From NCBI GenBank assembly GCA_040901675.1, contig JBBDYJ010000011.1:32001-96000 (forward strand): DNA of 64,000 nucleotides, in the 5' to 3' direction. Shown here one piece after another: positions 57,520 to 64,000 of the stretch. Made by a program: the position numbers and the translations under genes. This DNA is from Pirellulales bacterium (GTDB lineage: Bacteria > Planctomycetota > Planctomycetia > Pirellulales > JAICIG01). The notes beneath the pieces were generated by a model that saw nothing but the letters and a program-made list of their open reading frames with translations, ran no database searches and had not been told where the DNA came from. Position 1 is the stretch's first letter, and every line of letters starts with the position of its first letter.

Positions 57520-60491
57520 CCAGCACCTGCCGTCTGCCGCCCCAGCCGGGTGAATGGATCGATCGCGGCCGCCCATTGCGGTTCGAGTTCGAGGGCCGAG
57601 CCTATACCGGTTTTGCCGGCGACACGATCACGACCGCCTTGGCTGCCGCCGGCGTGCGGTTGCTGGGCCGCAGCTTCAAGTATCACCGCCCGCGGGGCGT
57701 CTACAGCCTGGCCAACCACGACGTCAACGCGCTGCTCGCCTGCCCGGGGCAGACCAACATTCGCTCGGACGTGACGCCGCTCTGGGAAGGCGGACGGTTC
57801 ACGGCGGTCAACACGTTTGGGGGCCTCCAGCGCGATCGCGTGCGGTTTCTGGATCGCCTGGGACGTTTCCTCCCCGTCGGCTTCTATTACAAGGCCTTTT
57901 ACCGGCCGCGGCGGCTCTTTCCGTTCTGGGAGCGTAAGATGCGCGGCATGGCCGGCCTGGGCGCGGTCGATCCCGCCGCTGGGCCGCTGCGCACGCCGAA
58001 CGACTTCGCCTGGTGCGACGTGTTGGTGGTCGGCGCCGGACCGGCCGGCCTGGCCGCCGCCGCCGAGGCCGCCGCCGCGCGGCTATCGATCACCCTGGTC
58101 GACGAGCAGCCGCGGCCCGGTGGCAGCCTCCTCTACCAGCGGCGCGGCGATCCGAGCACCGCAGATCTGCTCTCCGGCTTGCTCTCGCGGGTCCACTCAT
58201 CGGCCAACATCGATCTACGCGCGTCGACGGTGGCGGCAGGCTATTACGCCGACCACTGGGTGGCGCTGGCCGACCTTCAGCGTTTGACCAGACTCCGTGC
58301 ACGCTCGGTGGTCTTGGCCACCGGCGCCTTCGAACAGCCGGCGCTGTTCCGCAACAACGACTTGCCCGGAGTGCTGCTGGCCTCCGCCGCACAGAGGCTG
58401 ATCAGGCTCTACGCCGTCAAGCCGTGCGACCGCGCGGTCGTGCTGACGGCCAACGCCGATGGATATCGCGCGGCTCTGGACATGCACCAGGTCGGAGTCC
58501 AACTGCAGGCGATCGTCGATCTGCGCCCGGACGGCGAACCGTCGGAGTTGTCTCGGCAGGTAAGGGCCGCGGGCATCCGAGTCCTCGGCGGCCATGCCGT
58601 CTACGAAGCACTCTCGCAAAGCGACGAGCATGGCATTGGCGGCGTCGTGGTCTGCCCCCTCGATACGTCTGGACAACCGCGCCTCGACCAGCGGCTCTCG
58701 ATCGACTGCGACGGCCTTGTCATGAGCGTGGGCTGGGCGCCTGCCGACTCGCTCTTCTGCCAGGCTGGAGGCAAGATGCGCTATGACAACCGGCTCGAGC
58801 AGTTCGTCCCCGCCCGCTGGCCCGCGGGTGTATTCACGGCCGGTCGGCTGAATGGCCTTTATGATCTCGAACGACAATTGGCCGACGGCCGGCGGGCCGG
58901 CCGAGCCGCCGCGGCATATCTGGGATCCGCTTCTGCCGAATCGGCCGACCCAGCCGGGGGCCACCCGGTGCCCGCGGATGGCACCCTCAACGGCTCGCCC
59001 CCTTCGCACCCCTATCCGGTTGTCGCGCACCCGGCCGGCAAAATCTTCGTCGATCTGGACGAGGACGTGCAGCTCAAGGACATCGAGCACTCCGCCCAGG
59101 AGGGTTTCGACAGCATCGAGTTGTTGAAGCGCTACTCCACGTTCGGCATGGGACCCAGCCAGGGAAAAATCTCGAACACCAACACGATCCGCGTTCTGGC
59201 GCGGCTGCGCGGGCAGAGCATGGCCGAAACGGGCAGCCCGCGCGCCAGGCCTTTCTTTCATCCCGTGCCTTTGGGGCACCTGGCCGGCCGCGGCTTCCAT
59301 CCGCGCCGCCACACCCCGCTGCACTCGCGCCACCGCGCCGCCGGTGCCCAGTTCATGCCTGCTGGAGATTGGTTGCGGCCCGCCTGGTATCTTGCCCGCC
59401 AACCGGACGATCCCGCCCGCGAAACGACCGAAGCACTCCGCGCACAGGCGATCGCCGACGAAGTCCGCGCCGTGCGCCAGCGGGCCGGCCTGATCGACGT
59501 CGGCACCCTGGGCAAGCTGGAGATCAGCGGCCCCGATGCGGCCCAATTCATCGAGCGGATCTACACCGGCCGTTTCGCTGGAATGAAAGTCGGCGCCACC
59601 CGCTATGCCCTGATGTGCGACGAGTCGGGCGTGATCATCGACGACGGCGTCGTCGCCCGGCTGGAGAGCGACCGCTTCTATGTCACCACGACCACCACCG
59701 CCTCGGGGGCCGTCTATCGCGAGATGCAGCGCTGGGCGATCCCCTGGGACCTCGACGTATTGCTCACCAACCTCACGGGCACCATGGCCACCATCAACCT
59801 GGCCGGGCCGCAAGCCAACCGCATCCTGGCCGCCCTGACCGACCTGGAGCTGTCCGAGCAGCATTTCCCCTATCTGGGCCTGCGGCAGGGAAACGTCCTG
59901 GGGGTGCCGGCCCGCGTCCTGCGCACCGGCTTCGTGGGAGAAACAAGCTACGAGCTGCACGTGCCGGCACATTGGGCGGCCCGTGTTTGGGACGGTATTA
60001 TGGAAGCAGGCCGGCCGCATGCCATCCGGCCCTTTGGCGTCGAGGCCCAGCGCATATTGCGGCTGGAGAAAGGCCACGTGATCGTCAGCCAGGACACCGA
60101 CGGCCTGACCACTCCCTTCGAGGCGGGCTTGGATTGGGCCATCAAGGCCGACAAGCCCTTCTTTGTCGGAGGCCGCAGCCTTTCGATCCTGTCGGGCCGG
60201 CCGCTCAAGCGCCGATTGGCGGGCTTTGTCCTGCCCGAAGGTTACCGGGGACCGCTGCCCCAGGAGTGCGACCTGGTGATCGAGTCGGGCGAGATCGCCG
60301 GCCGCGTGACCAGCATTGCCCACAGCCCCACCTTGAGGCAGGCGATCGGCATGGCGTACCTGCCTCCCGAACGGACGAAAGAGGGCAGCGAGTTTCACAT
60401 CCGTGCCTCGGGCGCGATGGTGCCGGCGACCGTGCGGCCAATGCCGTTTTACGACCCTCGCAACCTGCGGCAAAGGATCCAGGGCACTTGA
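57516..60491 (+). CDS. soxA: Sarcosine oxidase alpha-like subunit (MgdC) with a GcvT-like folate-binding C-terminus
   Basis: GRSFKYHRPRG, VVGAGPAG, LKRYST.GMGPSQG, DVGTLGK and LRLEKGH; GTGA overlap. Confidence 0.92.
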   Translation: MTSTCRLPPQPGEWIDRGRPLRFEFEGRAYTGFAGDTITTALAAAGVRLLGRSFKYHRPRGVYSLANHDVNALLACPGQTNIRSDVTPLWEGGRFTAVNTFGGLQRDRVRFLDRLGRFLPVGFYYKAFYRPRRLFPFWERKMRGMAGLGAVDPAAGPLRTPNDFAWCDVLVVGAGPAGLAAAAEAAAARLSITLVDEQPRPGGSLLYQRRGDPSTADLLSGLLSRVHSSANIDLRASTVAAGYYADHWVALADLQRLTRLRARSVVLATGAFEQPALFRNNDLPGVLLASAAQRLIRLYAVKPCDRAVVLTANADGYRAALDMHQVGVQLQAIVDLRPDGEPSELSRQVRAAGIRVLGGHAVYEALSQSDEHGIGGVVVCPLDTSGQPRLDQRLSIDCDGLVMSVGWAPADSLFCQAGGKMRYDNRLEQFVPARWPAGVFTAGRLNGLYDLERQLADGRRAGRAAAAYLGSASAESADPAGGHPVPADGTLNGSPPSHPYPVVAHPAGKIFVDLDEDVQLKDIEHSAQEGFDSIELLKRYSTFGMGPSQGKISNTNTIRVLARLRGQSMAETGSPRARPFFHPVPLGHLAGRGFHPRRHTPLHSRHRAAGAQFMPAGDWLRPAWYLARQPDDPARETTEALRAQAIADEVRAVRQRAGLIDVGTLGKLEISGPDAAQFIERIYTGRFAGMKVGATRYALMCDESGVIIDDGVVARLESDRFYVTTTTTASGAVYREMQRWAIPWDLDVLLTNLTGTMATINLAGPQANRILAALTDLELSEQHFPYLGLRQGNVLGVPARVLRTGFVGETSYELHVPAHWAARVWDGIMEAGRPHAIRPFGVEAQRILRLEKGHVIVSQDTDGLTTPFEAGLDWAIKADKPFFVGGRSLSILSGRPLKRRLAGFVLPEGYRGPLPQECDLVIESGEIAGRVTSIAHSPTLRQAIGMAYLPPERTKEGSEFHIRASGAMVPATVRPMPFYDPRNLRQRIQGT

Positions 60492-61180
60492 CCAAACTAC
60501 CACGACGCCTGAGCCCGGTGCACGACGAGCTCGCCCAGCTCGATCCGTTTTGGGGCACGGTGCACGACATGCCCGTGGCCGCGCTCTTGCCCGGCGGGCC
60601 GCCCTTCGACGTGGCGGCCGGGCCCGGTCTGTGCGACGCCAGCGCGCTGCCCAGGATGCTGGTCCGCGGGCCGGCCGCGGCCGACTTCCTCTCGCAGCGG
60701 GGCGTCCAGGTGCCCCGCGACACGTTCGCCTATCTGCCGCTGGAGGGCGATGGCCTGGTCATCCGCACCGCCATGCACGAGTTCTTTCTCGAAGATGGTT
60801 GCCGGGGCGACGCCATCGAGCGGCTGGGGCGGGCCGTCGACGCCGGCTGGCCCGGCGTCGGCCGCTCTTTGCGCCAGGATGTGTCGCTGCTCTTGTCCGG
60901 AGAGCAGGCCCTGGACGTGCTGGCCCAGACGTCCAGCTACGATTTCCGCCAAGGCCCCGATTTCGTCATGACCCGCCTGGCGGCCGTATCCTGTTCGGTG
61001 CTCGCCCGGCCGTTGGCCGCGGGACCGACCTTTCAGCTCTGGGCCGACGCCAGCTACGGCCCTTACTTGTGGGAAACGCTGCTCGAAATTGTCCGCGATC
61101 TTGGCGGCGGCCCGCTGGGCCTGTCGCTGTTTTTCTCCAACGCCGCCTTCGCCGCACCCGCCAAAGACGTTGCCCCGTAA
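60488..61180 (+). CDS. soxG: Sarcosine oxidase gamma-like subunit (MgdD)
   Basis: Position in operon; GLCDAS, RGP.AA.FL, LSGE.A..VLAQ and SYG.YLW..L. Confidence 0.8.
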   Translation: MTKLPRRLSPVHDELAQLDPFWGTVHDMPVAALLPGGPPFDVAAGPGLCDASALPRMLVRGPAAADFLSQRGVQVPRDTFAYLPLEGDGLVIRTAMHEFFLEDGCRGDAIERLGRAVDAGWPGVGRSLRQDVSLLLSGEQALDVLAQTSSYDFRQGPDFVMTRLAAVSCSVLARPLAAGPTFQLWADASYGPYLWETLLEIVRDLGGGPLGLSLFFSNAAFAAPAKDVAP

Positions 61181-61204
61181 CTTCGATTCAGAGGACCATC
61201 GCGC

Positions 61205-62539
61205 ATGACACCCGACAAGGCCCAGGCCTGGTTCAAGGAGCATGGCGTCAAGTTCGTGCTGGCCCAGTTCGTCGACATCCACGGAGTCGCCAAGGCCAAG
61301 GCCGTGCCCGTAAACCATTTCGACGACGTGCTGGGCGCCGGGGCCGGCTTTGCCGGCTTCGCGGTCTGGGGGTTGGGACAGGAGCCACACGACGCCGACT
61401 ACATGGCCGTGGGCGATCTTTCCACGTTGTCGCTGCTCCCCTGGCAGCCCGGCTACGCCCGCATCGTCTGCAATGGCGTGGTCGATGGGCGGGCCTGGCC
61501 CTACGACACGCGCTACATCCTCCGCCGCCAGGTGCAGCGGCTCTCCGAGCGCGGCTGGACCATCAACACGGGCCTCGAGCCGGAGTTCATGCTTCTCTGC
61601 CGGCGGCCCGACGGCTCGTTCGGCCCGGCGGACCAGAGCGATGCCTTGGACAAGCCCTGCTACGACTACAAGGGCCTCTCGCGCAGCCGGGCCTTCATCG
61701 AAAAACTGGTCGAGTCGCTGACCCAAATCGGCATCGACGTCTACCAGGTCGATCACGAGGATGCCAACGGACAGTTCGAAGTCAACTTCACCTATAGCGA
61801 CGGACTCACCTCGGCCGATCGCATGGTGCTGTTCCGCATGGCGGCCGGCGAGATCGCCCGCGGCCTAGGCTGCATCTGTTCGTTCATGCCCAAGCCCTTG
61901 GCCAACCGCACCGGCAGCGGCATGCACATGCACATCTCCCTGGCCGACGGCAAGACGCCCAACCTCTTCCAGGACGACTCGGACCCTAAGCATCTGGGAC
62001 TATCGGACCTGGCATACCAGTTTTTGGGCGGACTGCTGGCCCATGCACCGGCCCTGACCGCGCTGGCCGCTCCTTCGGTCAATTCCTACAAGCGCCTGGT
62101 CGTAGGCCGGTCGTTTTCGGGCGCCACCTGGGCTCCGGCTTACATCTCGTATGGGGCGAACAACCGCACGTCGATGGTCCGCGTCCCGTTCGGCCGCTTG
62201 GAGCTACGGCTGACCGACTCCAGCGCCAACCCCTACCTGGCCACCGCCGCGGTGATCGCGGCGGGGCTGGACGGCATCGATCGCCGGCTCGATCCGGGCG
62301 AGCCGCACAATTTCAACCACTATACGCTGGCGCCCGAAGAGCTCGCCCGCCGCGGCATCGGCGTGTTGCCGCAGAGCTTGCACGAAGCGCTGGTCGCCCT
62401 GGAACAAGACCCGTTGTTCGCCGAGGCGCTGGGGCAGGAGTTCCTGCGCGAGTTTATCGCCTTGAAGCGGATGGAGTGGGTCGAATACCACCGGCATGTC
62501 TCCGATTGGGAAGTCAACCGCTACCTGGAGTTCTACTAA
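61205..62539 (+). CDS. glnT: Type III glutamate-ammonia ligase, probably gamma-glutamylmethylamide synthetase (GmaS)
   Basis: [35 protein letters not shown] and GATWAP; operon context. Confidence 0.9.
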   Translation: MTPDKAQAWFKEHGVKFVLAQFVDIHGVAKAKAVPVNHFDDVLGAGAGFAGFAVWGLGQEPHDADYMAVGDLSTLSLLPWQPGYARIVCNGVVDGRAWPYDTRYILRRQVQRLSERGWTINTGLEPEFMLLCRRPDGSFGPADQSDALDKPCYDYKGLSRSRAFIEKLVESLTQIGIDVYQVDHEDANGQFEVNFTYSDGLTSADRMVLFRMAAGEIARGLGCICSFMPKPLANRTGSGMHMHISLADGKTPNLFQDDSDPKHLGLSDLAYQFLGGLLAHAPALTALAAPSVNSYKRLVVGRSFSGATWAPAYISYGANNRTSMVRVPFGRLELRLTDSSANPYLATAAVIAAGLDGIDRRLDPGEPHNFNHYTLAPEELARRGIGVLPQSLHEALVALEQDPLFAEALGQEFLREFIALKRMEWVEYHRHVSDWEVNRYLEFY

Positions 62540-62541
62540 GC

Positions 62542-63438
62542 ATGTGCGGCATCGTGGGGCTCTTGATCAAGGATCCGTCGGCCGGCGACTCGCTGGGCAA
62601 GCTGCTGCTGCCGATGTTCGAGTGCATGGCCGAACGCGGGCCCGACTCGGCCGGCCTGGCGGTCTTCGGCCCACCGCCGCCGGGCGCCCAGCGGCGCTAC
62701 AGCCTCTTCTTTCCGGGCGGCACGTTCGATTGGCAGCAACTGGCCCGCTCGTTTACCGCTCAAACCGGCAAGCACTGTGAGATCCGCTGCCAGGCAAACC
62801 ACGCCGTGCTGATGGCCGACGTCGAGCCCGCGGAACTGAAGTCCTGGCTCGACGAGTGCGATCCGGCGCCCTACCTGCTCTCCGCCGGGCGATCGATGGA
62901 CGTTTACAAGGACGAGGGGCACCCGGCCGCCATCGCCAGGCAATACCGCTTCGATCAGCTCACCGGTAGCCACTGCGTGGGACACACCCGCATGGCCACC
63001 GAGTCGGCCGTCTCGCCCGCCCATGCACATCCCTTCACCGCCGGCGAGGACTTTTGCCTCGTCCACAACGGCTCGCTCTCCAATCCATACATGCTCCGGC
63101 GCAAGCTGGAGGCCGAGGGGCTCACGTTCGAAACCGATAACGACACCGAGGCGGCCTGCCGCTGGATCGAGTGGCGGATGCGGCAGGGCGAAGGGCTGGA
63201 CCAGGCGCTGCACTCCGCGGCCAGCGAGCTCGACGGCTTTTACACGCTGCTGATGGCCACCGCCGGCCAGCTCACCCTGGTCCGCGATGCCTTTGCCTGC
63301 AAGCCGGCCGTCGTGGCGGAAACTCCCGGGTACGTGGCCATCGCCTCGGAGTTCCGCTCGCTGGCCCACCTGCCCGGCATCGAGGAGGCCGACATTTTCG
63401 AGCCGCTGCCGGAGGAAATCTATTCATGGAAACGCTGA
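62542..63438 (+). CDS. glxB: Class II glutamine amidotransferase, N-methylglutamate synthase subunit A (GlxB/MgsA)
   Basis: MCGIVG, RGPDSAG, GHTRMATES, HNGSLSN and NDTE. Confidence 0.88.
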   Translation: MCGIVGLLIKDPSAGDSLGKLLLPMFECMAERGPDSAGLAVFGPPPPGAQRRYSLFFPGGTFDWQQLARSFTAQTGKHCEIRCQANHAVLMADVEPAELKSWLDECDPAPYLLSAGRSMDVYKDEGHPAAIARQYRFDQLTGSHCVGHTRMATESAVSPAHAHPFTAGEDFCLVHNGSLSNPYMLRRKLEAEGLTFETDNDTEAACRWIEWRMRQGEGLDQALHSAASELDGFYTLLMATAGQLTLVRDAFACKPAVVAETPGYVAIASEFRSLAHLPGIEEADIFEPLPEEIYSWKR

Positions 63439-64000
63439 CTTCAGATCGAGAGCTGGTCCGGCTCGACCTGGCCTCTCTCGGCGTCCGCCGATTGAACGAT
63501 TATCTGCACCATGAGCTGCCGCGCTGCGGCGCGCGCCGCGTCGAGATCGTCAACCCCGCCGGCCAGCACAATATCGCCGTCGGCCTCGACTGCCCGGTCC
63601 AGCTCGATGTCCGCGGGCACGGCGGCTATTTTCTGGCCGGAATGAACAAGCAGGCGCAAGTCACCGTCGATGGCAGCGTGGGTTGGAGCGTGGCCGAGAA
63701 CATGATGTCCGGCAGCGTCCGCGTGCGGGGCAACGCCTCGCAGTGCGCCGGCGCTTCGGCGCACGGCGGCCTGCTGGTGATCGAGGGCAACGCCGCCAGC
63801 CGCTGCGGCATTTCGATGAAAGGCTGCGACATCGTCGTGGGGGGCAACGTGGGGCACGTCTCGGCGTTCATGGCCCAGGCCGGCCGGCTGCTCGTTTGCG
63901 GCGACGCCGGCGCCGGGTTGGGCGACTCGCTGTACGAAGCCGTGATTTACGTCGCCGGCCGCATCCAGGGCCTGGGAGCCGATGCACGCGAAGAGCCGAT
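63426..64000 (+). CDS. glxC: GXGXG beta-helix protein, N-methylglutamate synthase subunit B (GlxC/MgsB); truncated by the window end
   Basis: Manual translation: NPAGQHNIAVG, GYFLAGMN, AENMMSG, RCGISMKG, SAFMAQAG and LGDSLYE. Confidence 0.88.
   Translation, partial: METLTSDRELVRLDLASLGVRRLNDYLHHELPRCGARRVEIVNPAGQHNIAVGLDCPVQLDVRGHGGYFLAGMNKQAQVTVDGSVGWSVAENMMSGSVRVRGNASQCAGASAHGGLLVIEGNAASRCGISMKGCDIVVGGNVGHVSAFMAQAGRLLVCGDAGAGLGDSLYEAVIYVAGRIQGLGADAREEP

Overview
High-GC bacterial chromosomal window, very likely Planctomycetota (Pirellulales-like). The signature families are a DUF1559 prepilin-like protein, DUF1501, DUF1080, a PQQ-like propeller, an S8 protease with an LEPLE leader and CxxC-ribbon membrane proteins. 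It holds about 55 CDS, including serC, hisF, thiS-thiG, a Mog/MoaB protein, a DinG helicase, and PilT plus a degenerate membrane-anchored PilB/GspE-like ATPase. A stress-gene cluster carries three near-consensus sigma54 promoters. The right end carries soxBDAG-like (mgd), glnT/gmaS, glxB and glxC, the N-methylglutamate methylamine pathway, cut off by the window edge. I saw no rRNA, tRNA, CRISPR array, transposase or prophage gene. The most unusual signal is non-coding. A 24-nt hairpin unit has inserted without target duplication into the loop of a REP-like hairpin at two loci, in opposite orientations, and once into itself. That host hairpin is in turn the core of a 109-bp MITE with terminal inverted repeats, which sits inside the methylamine operon. 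Three further GTAG-type REP families are present. All calls were made by eye from sequence motifs; no database searches were run.
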